Assembly (NCBI GenBank): GCA_016748015.1
Contig: JAAOMT010000540.1
Span: 7,225-27,208, forward strand
DNA: 19,984 nucleotides
Source: Geosiphon pyriformis uo1
Taxonomy: Eukaryota; Fungi; Glomeromycota
Direction of reading: 5' to 3'
Shown here: positions 1-11,359 of the stretch, piece after piece
Position numbering within the stretch: the stretch's first letter is position 1
Layout of the letters: every line of letters starts with the position of its first letter
The notes under the pieces: generated by a model
Seen by the model: only the letters and a program-made list of their open reading frames with translations
What the model was told of the DNA's origin: nothing
The model's database searches: none
Program-made: the position numbers and the translations under genes

Positions 1-36
1 TGTTTTGATTAATAATGTGTTTTATTTTTTGTAATA

Positions 37-376
37 AAAAATAATCCTGTAAAATTCAATTGTGGAGTTGCTAAGAGATTTTGACAACAAGGTTATTGAA
101 GTTCAACCAAAATATCTCAAAAAATCAATGTTTCTCTTCACTTTTATAAATAATATATAGGACAACTTCGTAAAAATAGTCAAATTTAAGCAATTTATCA
201 TTCAGGTTGTCTATAAAAAACTTTACCAAAAATGTGTCAACAGATTGAAAAAATTGTAAATCAAAATTACTTTACTATATTAATTGAAATTAAGACACAA
301 TTTGCAAAAACATATTCTAAAATTGAAATAAGTAAACAGACTATTTACAATGAACTTTTTAGGCTTAATTATACAG
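37..376 (+). pseudogene. Tc1/mariner-like (IS630-Tc1) transposase N-terminal DNA-binding region, degenerate and truncated
   Basis: Frame of ORF 232..429 read through stops: RF*QQGY*SSTKISQKINVSLHFYK*YIGQLRKNSQI*AIYHSGCL*KTLPKMCQQIEKIVNQNYFTILIEIKTQFAKTYSKIEISKQTIYNELFRLNY. This fits HTH, a decayed (S)GRPRK linker (SGCL*K), then a second HTH of the 'ISxxTIxNELxRLGY' type. No DDE domain follows. Confidence 0.6.
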
Positions 377-1324
377 TATTACAGATGATTATTTGGAGTA
401 TTGAAACAAATAACAAACCTGTAATTTAGTGCTCAATAATTATAGATGTTAATATTTTCTGAAAATTTTGGTTGAATTTTTTGTATAATAAACAGAGATT
501 TAATTAATGTTTTGTACTCTTCTGGAAGTTTATTCTATGAATTTTTTTCTTTAGCATGATAGTCAGTTTATTTTAACAGTTGTGCCTTTCTAGTAAGCTA
601 TCTTTAAATTTCTACTCTTATTTCTAGATTTTTTACCAGGCTATTCTTAACATTAAATACTTAGCATTTAATTTTTTTAATTAATTAGTAAACAACAAAA
701 AAATAAAACAAACAAAAATAAATAAAAAATAAAAAATTAGTATTTTGTCAATAGCTATGATCAAGAGCAATTGGTCCAATGTAGTTAAGTATTAGATACT
801 ATTAACATAAAATGTTGATAAAATGAAATTAATTAATATTTTTAATCAAATGATAATAATATAGATTTAAATAATAAGTAGATATTTTATTGATATTAAT
901 GTAATTTTATTTTAAGTTATAAAAAACTATTTTTTGAAGAAAAGATATTGGAGATTTAGAATTTTAATAAATTCTGCCTCTTTTTTGCTTCTAATATTTT
1001 CACTATATATACATAATTCTTGTTATATAAGATTACATATTTTTTGAACAGTGTATTTTAATTTTTCTAACAGTATATATATCACTAAATAATATGTTAT
1101 AATTTTCTAACAATATGTTCATTGCTAAGTAGTATATTATAATTTACTAATAATACACTTATTGCTAAGCAGTATGCTATAATTTACTAATAATATGCAT
1201 ATTGCTAAGCAATATGTCATAATTTTCTAATATTGTACTTACTTATTAAGTATTATTCTCTTATTGGTTTATTTTTCTATTTGTTTTTCTTACTTTTTTT
1301 TTGTACTCTTTTCTATGAATAACA
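377..1324 (-). repeat. Putative 3' LTR of the older, decayed Ty3/Gypsy element
   Basis: Minus strand starts TGTTA at 1324, just after a purine tract. The internal flank 1325-1358 aligns with the PPT flank of the young element (8488-8520). The left end TATTAC (377) fits decayed TGTTAC. Length (~948 bp), A-rich tract and short tandem array parallel the 979-bp young LTR. Left boundary uncertain. Confidence 0.5.
1061..1240. repeat. Degenerate 40-bp tandem repeat (two related 20-bp halves), ~4.5 copies
   Basis: Units start at 1061, 1101, 1141, 1181, 1221, e.g. aatttactaataatacacttattgctaagcagtatgctat and aatttactaataatatgcatattgctaagcaatatgtcat. Confidence 0.85.
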
Positions 1325-1327
1325 TTA

Positions 1328-1338
1328 TCTTCTCTTTT
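1328..1338 (-). promoter_or_regulatory. Polypurine tract of the old Gypsy element
   Basis: Minus strand AAAAGAGAAGA-taa-TGTTA, same layout as GAAAAGGAGG-tta-TGTTA in the young element. Confidence 0.5.
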
Positions 1339-1599
1339 AATATTGAACTCTATCAAAATTTTCATTTCGAATTAAGTCTTTTACTTTTTTTTTTAATACT
1401 GTTTGTTTAATTTTGTTTCTTATTTTTTTACATTAAAAGTTGTTTATTTTTTCTCATTGGTTAATAATTATTGTTTTTATTTTTTGATATGATAGTATTT
1501 CTGAATAGTTTTGAAATATAATATATAGTTAGTAAATTGTTTTGATGTATAGTATAGAATTTGTTTTCTTTTTAATAAAATTTCTGAATATTCAGTTTT

Positions 1600-2217
1600 N
1601 NNNNNNNNNNNNNNNNNNNNNNNNNNNNNNNNNNNNNNNNNNNNNNNNNNNNNNNNNNNNNNNNNNNNNNNNNNNNNNNNNNNNNNNNNNNNNNNNNNNN
1701 NNNNNNNNNNNNNNNNNNNNNNNNNNNNNNNNNNNNNNNNNNNNNNNNNNNNNNNNNNNNNNNNNNNNNNNNNNNNNNNNNNNNNNNNNNNNNNNNNNNN
1801 NNNNNNNNNNNNNNNNNNNNNNNNNNNNNNNNNNNNNNNNNNNNNNNNNNNNNNNNNNNNNNNNNNNNNNNNNNNNNNNNNNNNNNNNNNNNNNNNNNNN
1901 NNNNNNNNNNNNNNNNNNNNNNNNNNNNNNNNNNNNNNNNNNNNNNNNNNNNNNNNNNNNNNNNNNNNNNNNNNNNNNNNNNNNNNNNNNNNNNNNNNNN
2001 NNNNNNNNNNNNNNNNNNNNNNNNNNNNNNNNNNNNNNNNNNNNNNNNNNNNNNNNNNNNNNNNNNNNNNNNNNNNNNNNNNNNNNNNNNNNNNNNNNNN
2101 NNNNNNNNNNNNNNNNNNNNNNNNNNNNNNNNNNNNNNNNNNNNNNNNNNNNNNNNNNNNNNNNNNNNNNNNNNNNNNNNNNNNNNNNNNNNNNNNNNNN
2201 NNNNNNNNNNNNNNNNN
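1600..2217. other. Assembly gap (N run)
   Basis: 618 N; ORFs 1542..2324 and 1572..2243 are artefacts of it. Confidence 1.
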
Positions 2218-2727
2218 TAACTATAATTGATTTCAGATTTCATAAAATCTCATCTGGTTTAAATAATATTTGTTGTATTTCTAATTGTAAAATATTATTA
2301 ATAGATAATGATGTTATATTGTGATATAGTTTTAGTTAATTACTATATATTGTTTTAGTTAAAATTTTGTTGTTCTATCTTAATTTATAAGTTTTGTTTT
2401 TTAAAATTTTTTCAATGTAAATTAATCTGTTTTATTTGGGGTCAAATCTTCTACTTCATTGTTTTTTTACTTTAATATAATATAAGAGTACTTTGTCTCC
2501 AATCTTAAATTTGATTGGGTTATCTAATAACTAGTTATTATATTATTTTTTTTGTTTTGCTTGTGGCTTTTGTATATTATCAGCTGCTTTTTGCCTTTTG
2601 TTTTTTAAAGTTTCTATTAAGTCATATGTTCTTTTTAGTAAAGTTTCTTAGAAGTTGACTTTTGTTATTGGTTCAACTGGATATATATTAATCTCTATTT
2701 TGATTAAAAATATTGCTGTTTAACTAT
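2218..2727 (-). pseudogene. pol: Old Ty3/Gypsy integrase, C-terminal part (left of the LINE insertion)
   Basis: Minus-strand translation S*TAIFLIKIEINIYPVEPITKVNF*ETLLKRTYDLIETLKNKRQKAADNIQKPQAKQKK*...FKIGDKVLLYYIKVKKQ*SRRFDPK*...TYKLR*NNKILTK... is colinear with the young element's integrase tail (GRTAILPISFTVETYPAQPIDENNFQETL...FKIRNKVLLHRTKAEKQWSGKFENK). Confidence 0.85.
2715..2727. repeat. LINE target-site duplication, left copy
   Basis: gctgtttaactat (2715-2727) vs gttgttttactat (19638-19650), 11/13 identical. Both copies cover the same integrase codons (Y-G-R-T-A equivalent). Confidence 0.75.
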
Positions 2728-2747
2728 TTTTTTATTTTTTTTATTTT
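2728..2747 (-). repeat. LINE poly(A)-like tail
   Basis: A-runs interrupted by single T on the minus strand, ~115 nt after the ORF2 stop and abutting the TSD. Confidence 0.8.
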
Positions 2748-2861
2748 AACGAATGAGATCCAAATGTGACCTAATACTATATATCATTTAAATGATTTAA
2801 ACTAGGAGTGAATAATGCACTTTCTACATGTGACCAGCCACTCGGGCCAGTCAAAACAACA

Positions 2862-5800
2862 CTACATGCCTATATACACAGAGATCAAATTCTTAACGCC
2901 TGAAAAGAATGAACAAAACTTACAAAACCCAAAACTAACCCCAAAAGCTTCAGCCACACCCAGCAACCTGATCATACCAGCTGAAAATCTTATAGGCAAA
3001 CCAAAAATTGGCATGAGAGTGGAACTGTCATGAAGGATCAAACCATGCTTTTCCATAAAGGTCCAATGTTTGGCACAAACCAACCAGACATTCTCCCAAA
3101 ATGCAAAACAAAAGTTACGCACAAAATTCACAATTTTTTTAGCCTTAATCTTAGGATCATTAAAAACTGAGACAGACTCACAACACCAGTCACAAAAAAC
3201 AAAGCCCTTATACAAAGCAATGCCAACTTCTATCTCAGAGACACAAGAGGCTAACAACAATAAAACACATGAAGAAAAGTAAGACAAAACCAGAAAAAGT
3301 CTCCCAAGCCAAAGCATGAGAGTTTAACAAATGAGCATGAACAGTGGAGTCATGAGGACAAGAAAAGACATGGTCTAAGATCTCAACATTACCACAATAT
3401 AAACACACCACACTGGGGTAACCTCTATTATACAAATGCTTGCACATAGCAACTGGGAGCCAATAATAGAGGGCTTTCATAAAGTACATTCAAGAGCCAG
3501 CTGTATGCATACTAGTAAAACCAGCAGCCAAATAAGAATTGGAGTGCCACATCAGAGAGGACTTAAACCAATCAATATCAGCATGCAAACCATCCACCAT
3601 AACTCGAGATCCAGATCCAACTTTCCATTAAACATAATAAACAAAACAGAAAACATCATGTACAAAGTGTCTAAAATTTCCAGAAACCACAATACCATCA
3701 GCACTCAGAAAGCATTCACTAACCAAGTAAGGCAGGTGCCAGGCAGAGGCAGCTGCATCCTTGGCAAGTGCATTAGCATGCTTATTGTCTAAGATACTCA
3801 AATAACTCTTAATCTTAATCCAATTTACATCCAAATTTTTTCGATGAATAACATTAACAATATGGCGACACTTGATCCAGCAATAGTTCCTAAACTCTGG
3901 ATGGAACAGCAAAGACTCTGACATGCATGCATCTAAAGCTGCTTGGCTGTCAGAGAACAAGTCAACTGAACGAAAAGAAGAAACACACTCAAGAGCCAAA
4001 ATGATGATTTGTAACTTTGTCAAAGTAAAAGAAACCAGACCAGACACCCCTATATCCAAATCCATGTCAATGTCCTCAAAAAAAATGGCAGCACCTGCTT
4101 TCATGTTAACAGTGCCCAGACCACACAGAGACCTATCCATATGCACAAAAAGATGAGCAGTATCAACTGTCAGCAGAGTATTACAAACCATACTAAAACC
4201 ATGAGATTAACGAACATCAGAATTAGCTCAACTATCTGAAACCAAAGAACTAACAGAAAAGGGAGCAATACCACCAAGAAAGCAAATGGAGAGATCAAAC
4301 CAGAAAAAGACTGGACCACAAAGATCCAGCCTCTTCCAATGCTTAAAAGTACTCCAACTGAAAACATTACTATTATAGTCACAAAGCTGTTCCACAAAAG
4401 CAATTCCATAATGCCTGAGTAAAGAGACATACTTGAAAAAAAAAAGTTCACCAAGAACAAGAGACATAGGAATACCACTCCAATGGTGAAATGTGCACAC
4501 CAGAGAGCCACTCAAAGATAAATCACACCCAAAAAAAATGCAAACTACATCTGCCAAAAAATTATTTGAGGGGCTAATACCAATACAAGCCAGAAACAGC
4601 AAAGGATGATGAGACCACTAGTTGAGAACCTAAAAATCATGAGACCTATGAGAAAATAAGTGACCCAAAACACCAATGGAATTCACAAAAATAACAATGG
4701 TAGCCGATTTGCCTTCAGCTTAAATCTGTTCAAAAGTTTTTAAATTGTACAAAGAGGGATGATAAAATACATTATTGGGGAAGTTGTATAGTAGCCCAAA
4801 CTTTGACTTTAAGACCTTGCATATAAGAGCATTCCATTTATTACAGACACAAAGAGGAATAAAACTGAACTGAGTTCTGTAGCTGATAATAGGAAAAAGA
4901 ACCACAGATACCAAATACATGCACTGTTTGTCTGATATCGCCTTTCTTAAAACCAGATTCACAAAAAACCATACATTCAATTAAGCTTTAGCCAAGCTAA
5001 ACTTTGAAAAACTCTCAAAAAACAAAAAAATACCCAGATAGTGATGAGGTTTTCTTTTTTTGGCAATGGAAATAAACAAGCCACTGATAGTCAAAAAGAG
5101 TATAGCAACTCGGCAGTTGATAGAGATGGCTATAGTCTTATCATTATTGATTGAAATATTATTTAACCTGAAAAATTCACTAGCAACATTGAGAATATGT
5201 TGTGTAGCAGTCTGGCTGCTACCTACCCAAATGGTATTATCTACAAAAGCACCAGCAGCAAAAAAAGAGAAAAGCCCAGCCTGAGACTCAGCGCGACCAC
5301 TTTTAGAAACAAAATAAGAAATGAGCCTGTATTCACATACACTCTCTTGGTGCTTGACTTCACACAGAAGAGGATCATAAAATATGCACCACAGAAGAGG
5401 AAAAAAAACTTTACCTTGGTCCAGTCCATTGTGCACTCAATAACCATTGGTCAAACCAAAATCTGTTATAACTCAGTTGATCTGATTCTTGTAAATACTA
5501 CCAAAAAAACAAACAAATTTACCACACATCTTGATCCTCAAAAGACACTTCTCAAGATGCTTCCAGCCAACCAAATCATATGGTTTTTGCATGTCCTGCA
5601 GAACAAGCCAGAGTTTCCGGTCCTTTTCCAAAACATTCTCAATTACCAAGCCAATTGCAAAAATAGAAGACTGAGTTGTTATACCCCTTAAAATTAAAAA
5701 ATTGTTACTGCGTAGAACATTATGAGTACTGCAAGCCAGTGAAATTTTATCCAAAAGAATCTTGGAGAGAATTTTGCGAGCCATTTTGATCAAGGCAATA

Positions 5801-7508
5801 GAATAAGTGTTCATTAGAACACCTTCCCATTCATAAGGCTTGAAAATCATCGAGACCCAAGCCTCCTTCCAAAGGCTAAACACAGATTTAACAAACAAGC
5901 AAGAATTCAAAAGCACCAAAAGCATACTGAGAACTGAAATGTCACAATGTTTCTATAATTCATTTGAAATACCCAAGAAATTAGCAGCTTTGCTATCGGG
6001 CTAGTTAGAGACAACTTTAACCAATTTATTATAATCAATCATGCCCATCATGCCAGAAAAAGCATCATTATACACATAATCTAAAGGTTGATACTGTCAA
6101 GACCAGTTGTTAAGAACATCGAAAACCACCCTGTACTTTTTAGTCCAGCTCTTCATAATCTCATCTATCTTAGACTTCACTGGAGCTGGTTCCAAAATCA
6201 GCTTATCATCTACCACTAAATAATCCAAAACAACTTTGCAGAAAGAATACTTCAAAACAGTCCTAATAGTATGGTTCTTGTCCAACTCAAAGCTTTCCAT
6301 CCTCTTGTCAATTGCCAATCTGATCTGGGACTCTCAAGCATGGCTTGATTCTGAGAGTTTAGAAGAATGCTATGATTTCTTAATCTTGGCCAAGGTTGAA
6401 TGGATAGTATCAAAATAAGAACTCGAGAGAAACAGAGACTTTACAACAGAGGCATTGGCAGAGTCAAAACCACCCTATACATCAAGCAAAGACACAAATT
6501 CTTTGTAAGCAACCAAACAAAAGGCCTTAATAATCTTTAACACCAAAAGTTCTAATTTGTGAAATCTGGAAGACACCTTATTGAAGACTTTATCATAGCT
6601 CTTGAACCATATCTTCTTGAAGACAGACTTGGCTGACAAACACATTACCTGGTGAAGAGCATACCACATAACATCCAAATCCGAACTTTTCACAACAACA
6701 GAGAATTCATCACTAAACATGATAGCATTCACCACTGTTTCTTTCCTAAACCCAATCCATTTAGCATTATTAGCACTCTTGTAATTGTACTTCCAATAAT
6801 CCTTATTTGCTTGCTTGTGCAGTAAGAACAAGTGTGTATTCAAAAAACTACCAACACCCATGGAAACAGAAACAGCCCTATACTCAGTATCAAAATAATC
6901 ACCAACATTGACCACTTTATGATTCAATATCGCATTAACCAGACTTGAGAATACAAACACATAGTCAATGGTCTTAAAGACACCTTAAGAATTGTTCTAT
7001 GTTGCTTTCTTTCCAGACGCACTCCCATCCAAAGAATTAACTAAACCAAGATTGAAACATTTTTTAAAGCTAGCACACTTGTGAGAGCCATTTTTATTGA
7101 AATCTCTACCTAAGATAGTGAAAGAGGATTCATTCACAGTCTTTGCAATCATAGAATTAATATCGCTTATTTAAGAAAAACATACTGCCAGAGATGCCCC
7201 AGCATACAGCTCCAAAATTGACACAGAAAGTTTATTTTTGAAAAGTAACTTAATAGAAGGAAGCTGGTCAGGAACTTCCAAAACCTTACACATGTGCCAA
7301 GCCAAAGAATTGTTCATAATAATTGTGACACCAGAATCCAAGTGACCAGCATCTATATCCAAAGTGAAAACTCGGACACTGCCAAACTTGTTTATAATCC
7401 ACATTCAGATCTTACTTTTTAGTTTAGTTTCAGTAACAATTATAATCAAATTGTCCATCTCTTTATGCCGACAAACAATATTATCCTGTTTCACAGGATT
7501 GTTCATGC
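2862..7508 (-). pseudogene. LINE ORF2 (APE endonuclease ~7508-6860, RT ~5950-4990, RNase H ~4160-3750, C-terminal Zn finger ~3410-3355), main part
   Basis: ORF fragments starting at 7404, 6960, 6318, 5925, 5436, 4980, 4602, 4191 and 3489 share one frame. Motifs: VTETKL (APE); GLDQGKVFFPLLW and AFVDNT (RT, DD>DN); VHMDRSL, FSDSQAAL and NKHANALA (RNase H); CLYCGNVEILDHVFSC. One frameshift near 3286 leads into ORF 2862..3317. Confidence 0.92.
7505..7508. repeat. Gypsy target-site duplication ATGC (second copy 17655-17658)
   Basis: atgc|TGTTAC...GTAACA|atgc. Removing the element plus one copy restores LINE ORF2 KIATCNIRG-MNNPVKQ in frame. Confidence 0.93.
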
Positions 7509-8487
7509 TGTTACTGGAGGTTTTTGGTCTCTTTTCTTGAATGTTGTTGATGTCTGTTTGCTGTGAATTCACATTTTCTGGATGTGGTTGAACCTCCAAT
7601 ACTGAATTTATCTTCAAATTATCTCCTATAATTTGAACTGCTGGGCTTATAAGTGGAATGGCCAATTCCATGCCAGTTACTTTGTATAGTTACATTGTAG
7701 TAAACGTCAACTCTTTCTCAGGAATTGCTCGTTTGGAAGCTCACTAAATGTGTAGTTACTTTGCTGTGAAAGTCAACTTTTCTACAGGAATCTTGTCTGT
7801 AGGCTACCTTAATGATTATAATAAGAAAATAAAAAGAAATTAAAAAAAATGTAAAAAAAATAGAATTCTGTCAAGAGAAACGTTTTTGATCCAAGCCTGA
7901 AGTCACTAACAGTTTATTGAAATTGGTAGCTAATCAATTTCAGAACGTTAGTTGGGTTTTGAGGATTTTTCAAGTGCATTAATTAAAGAATTTGGTTTTT
8001 CGAATTTGTTTGATATTTATTTCTCTTTTGTGTGTGTAGGAATGATTCTAAGTGATAAATCTAAAATAAGATACATTTTCTCAAAGAGAAAAGCTTTTCT
8101 TTTATACAACTTGTTGTAACACTATTCTATGAACTTGAACTTTGCTCTTTTCTACAATTTTGCTAAACTAAAGATACATTTCGGCAAACTACAAGTTATT
8201 TCTATGAACTATTAGATATTTCGGTGAACTATCAATTATTTCGGCAAATTTCTTCAAATTTCGGCAAACTTTTTGAATGTTACATAGTTTGGGGTATTGC
8301 ATGATTGATCATCACAATTAGGTTACATTTGTGTTATGTACAAATTGGATTATTAATTAAATGATAATTTCGGACATTTTGCTAATATACTAAGTGATAA
8401 TTTGAAACAATAATATATGTTAATTAATGATAGGAATTATAAAGATAATTTTATGCTAAATAATATCTTTAATTTCGTCTGGTAACA
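7509..8487 (-). repeat. 3' LTR (979 bp)
   Basis: Colinear without indels with 16676-17654 (~94% identical by eye); ends TGTTAC...GTAACA. Confidence 0.97.
8157..8270. promoter_or_regulatory. Array of ~6 ATTTCGGCGAACT-like motifs at ~20-bp spacing in the LTR, probably U3 (also ~17324-17437)
   Basis: tcggcaaact (8181), tctatgaact (8201), tcggtgaact (8221), tcggcaaatt (8241), tcggcaaact (8261), plus a weaker copy near 8160. A regulatory role is inferred only. Confidence 0.6.
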
Positions 8488-9133
8488 TAACCTCCTTTTC
8501 AAGACTGAGTTCCATCAAAGTCCAAGTACTGTCTGTAATTTTCAGATAGTAATCCAAAATTATTGAAGAAATTTGGTCTGAAAATTGTTGAAATTTCAGT
8601 TCTGTGAGCTTTCCAATGTATTGAATCTTCAAAGACTGTAAAATTGGGTTTTGTAGGGCGTTTTTACAGGTGTAAAATAGGTCATAAAGTCTAAGAGCAG
8701 CTCTGAGCCTGTAGCAACTGTTTGTTGATCCAGCCATTGTCTTGAATTTATTGTGGAGTTGTTTCTAAATAGCTTCTTTTGTGAGATTTGCTGTTGTAAG
8801 TTCCAGTTTTTGTTTATAGAGTGTTTTTCCAATGTGAAAATATCTATAGATTGGAAGATATTCAGTGTTTTTCTCATTGAGACACAGTTGAAGTCTTTGT
8901 TGAATTGTAGTATTTGGTGGAATACTAATCAGAATAAGCATTAAGTTTTCTCTTAAAGCAAGCTTTAAAAGTTCTGGCAGGTGAATTCCAGAATAACTTC
9001 TTGTGTTTTTCTTATATGGGTAATATTTTCGTGAATTTGGGGCTAAATTTGTGACTACTTTTGTTTGGGTATAATTAATGTGGTTTCCAGTAACAGTAAT
9101 AGATAATTTGGGTATTGTTTTTAAAGCTAACAT
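8456..9133 (-). pseudogene. ORF3: ~225-aa accessory protein of unknown function downstream of integrase, one internal TAG
   Basis: ORFs 8765..9133 and 8456..8737 are in one frame, joined by *KQLHNKFKT. It has an ATG start and reads through the PPT and 32 nt into the 3' LTR. Confidence 0.7.
8491..8500 (-). promoter_or_regulatory. Polypurine tract (plus-strand primer)
   Basis: GAAAAGGAGG ends 3 nt upstream of the 3' LTR TG. Confidence 0.85.
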
Positions 9134-9226
9134 TAGTTTTTGGGATAATTGTTAAATGTTTTGAGGAATAATTATTATAAGAGATTTGAAATAAAGAAAA
9201 TTATTTTTGGTGTATGGGTTTTTATG

Positions 9227-9259
9227 TTATTATTATTATTATTATTATTTTTTTTTTTT
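9227..9259. repeat. (TTA)n microsatellite plus T-run in the pol-ORF3 spacer
   Basis: About 7 TTA units followed by ~12 T. Confidence 0.85.
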
Positions 9260-9399
9260 GGTGAGATTGTTTCTAAATTATAAGAGAGTTGGAAGGTTGT
9301 TCAATGACAACTATTGGTTCTAAGTTTTGGGGAATATCTTTGGGATTGACTAAAAAGGAATGTGTACCAATTTGTAGAATTAATGGTTCAGGATTGTTT

Positions 9400-10460
9400 C
9401 TGGAATGATAGTGTTTCAAATGATCTCTATGTGCAACTTTTGCTAGGATTTTGTCATCATGTCTTAGCTTATATGATCCATTGCCTAGGACTTTATAGAT
9501 AAAGAATGGTCCATCTCATTTATTTTCAAATTTTCCACTCCATTGTTTTTCAGCTTTAGTTCTGTGTAAGAGAACTTTGTTTCTAATTTTAAATTCATTG
9601 GTGACTGAAGGCAATTTGTCATCATGCCATTCTTTTTGTCGAGCTTGGGAGTGTTCAATATGGGTGGCTGCTATTTGTCATTTTCCTTCCAATGTGCTAA
9701 GCAGAGTGTAGGCTCTTCACTGAAGTGTTTCTTGGAAATTGTTTTCATCAATTGGTTGTGCTGGGTATGTTTCCACTGTGAAACTAATTGGTAATATTGC
9801 TGTCCTTCCATAAGTTAAATCAAATGGTGTGTGTTTTGTGGTATCTTGTTTTAGTGTTCTGTATGCTAGCAACACTGATGGAATAAAGATATCTCACTCT
9901 TGCTCAAAATCGGTTGAGACTTTGGCTAATGACTCATACAATGTTCTGTTAAAATGTTCCACAAGTCCGTTTGTTTGTGGATGGTAGGGCAAAAACAGAG
10001 GTCTTTTGACATTGAATTGTTTGCAAATTTCTTGTATCAGGTTGTTCACAAAGTGTGTCCCCTGATTGGATAAAAGTTCAATTGGACATCCGTGTCTACA
10101 AATGATGTTTTTGTAGATGAAATTTGCTACTGATTTCACATCTGCTCGTTGAATGGCTCTGGCTTCGAGCCATTTAGCAAGATAGTCTACAGCTACTGCA
10201 ATATAATGGTTTCCTTGAGTGGTAATAGATAGTGGTTCAACTAAATTGATACCAACTCGGTCAAAGAATTGTCCAACTTTGATTGGATTTAATGGTTTAG
10301 TAGGACGTGTTTTTCCTCTTCTTTGACAACTATCACAAAATTTGACATATTCATGAATGTTTTTTCTTATTCAAAGCCAAAAGTAGAATTTTAGCATTCT
10401 TTGGGTGGTGCTATTTTTTCTGAAGTGTGCTGATGAAAGATCTGAGTGCATGTTATATAA
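9400..10460 (-). pseudogene. Integrase domain (HHCC, DDE core, GPY/F); no chromodomain seen
   Basis: MHSDLSSAH...FCDSCQR; RVGINLVEPL (D>N); LLSNQGTHF (D>N); HPQTNGLVEHFNRTL; DGPFFI. Confidence 0.93.
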
Positions 10461-10719
10461 TATGGTCTCTTTTTTCTGTTCTTGTATTAATCTGAGTGGT
10501 TTGTTTAGATTTTTGAAATTTCAATGATAAATAATGTTGTTGTGTAGAAAATATTGTTTGGCTTGTTGTAGTTAATGTTTTTCATCTGGAGACCAATCTG
10601 TTGGGATTGTTAATGGTTCCAAATATTGTTTGAGATTGTTGTAGTTTTCCGAATTCATTGTTTGTTGGCTCTTTCAGTTGGTTAAGTTGAGTGTTGGTTT
10701 TTGTGTTTTCTAATCTTGT

Positions 10720-11090
10720 CTCATTCTGAAAAGACAGTCAACATTGGTGTGGAGTTTTCCTGGTTTGTGATGTACTATGTATTGATAGTTTGCTAGAAAT
10801 CTTGTCCATTGGGTTTGTTTTGCATTCAGCTAAGTATATTTGTTCTGAAGCTATTTGAGTCCAATATTATCAGTGATAATATCGAATTCTTTAGGCCTGA
10901 AATAAAAGTTGAAGTGGTGTAGGGCCCAAATTACAGCTGCTGTTTTTAGTTCTGTGGCAGAGTAGTTTTCCTCAACTGGTTTTAATGTTCTGCTAGCATA
11001 AGCAATTACTCGCTCATTTCTATTGTCATTTAGTTGTGATAAGATGACACCAAAGGCAGTATACAAAGCATCTGTAGCTAGTCAAAATTG
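10720..11090 (-). pseudogene. Gypsy RNase H domain
   Basis: LATDALYTAFGVILSQ...VIAYASRTL...NYSATELKTAAVIWAL...IITDN...HKPGKLHTNVDCL. Confidence 0.9.
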
Positions 11091-11359
11091 GTTGTTGAAA
11101 TCCAGGTAAGCGAGGATTGGAGCTGTTGTTAGTTTTTCCTTAAGAATTTCAAAAGCTTTTTGGTGTTCGGTAGTCTATTTGTATTCAACGTTTTTGGTGG
11201 TGAGCTGGTTGAGGGGTTTTGCAATTTCTGAGAATCCTTTAATAAACTTCCAATAGTAGGATGCTAATCCTATGAATTCTCTTAGTTCTGTAGTGTTTTA
11301 AAGAGTTTTGAAGTTTTTGACAATGCTGATTTTTCCAGGATCCAGTTTGATTCCATCTT

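Noticed and set aside
1061-1240. CRISPR-like periodic array (also 8157-8270)
   Set aside because: Tandem units lack 30-40-bp unique spacers, there are no cas genes, and the context is eukaryotic retroelement.
1542-2324. Long ORFs 1542..2324 (+) and 1572..2243 (-)
   Set aside because: They consist almost entirely of N.
8456-9133. env gene / endogenous retrovirus
   Set aside because: Too short, with no evident signal peptide, fusion peptide or TM anchor.
9273-9400. Chromodomain at the integrase C-terminus
   Set aside because: The short tail ends LEPIVVIE with no aromatic-cage/YLVKW-type motif.
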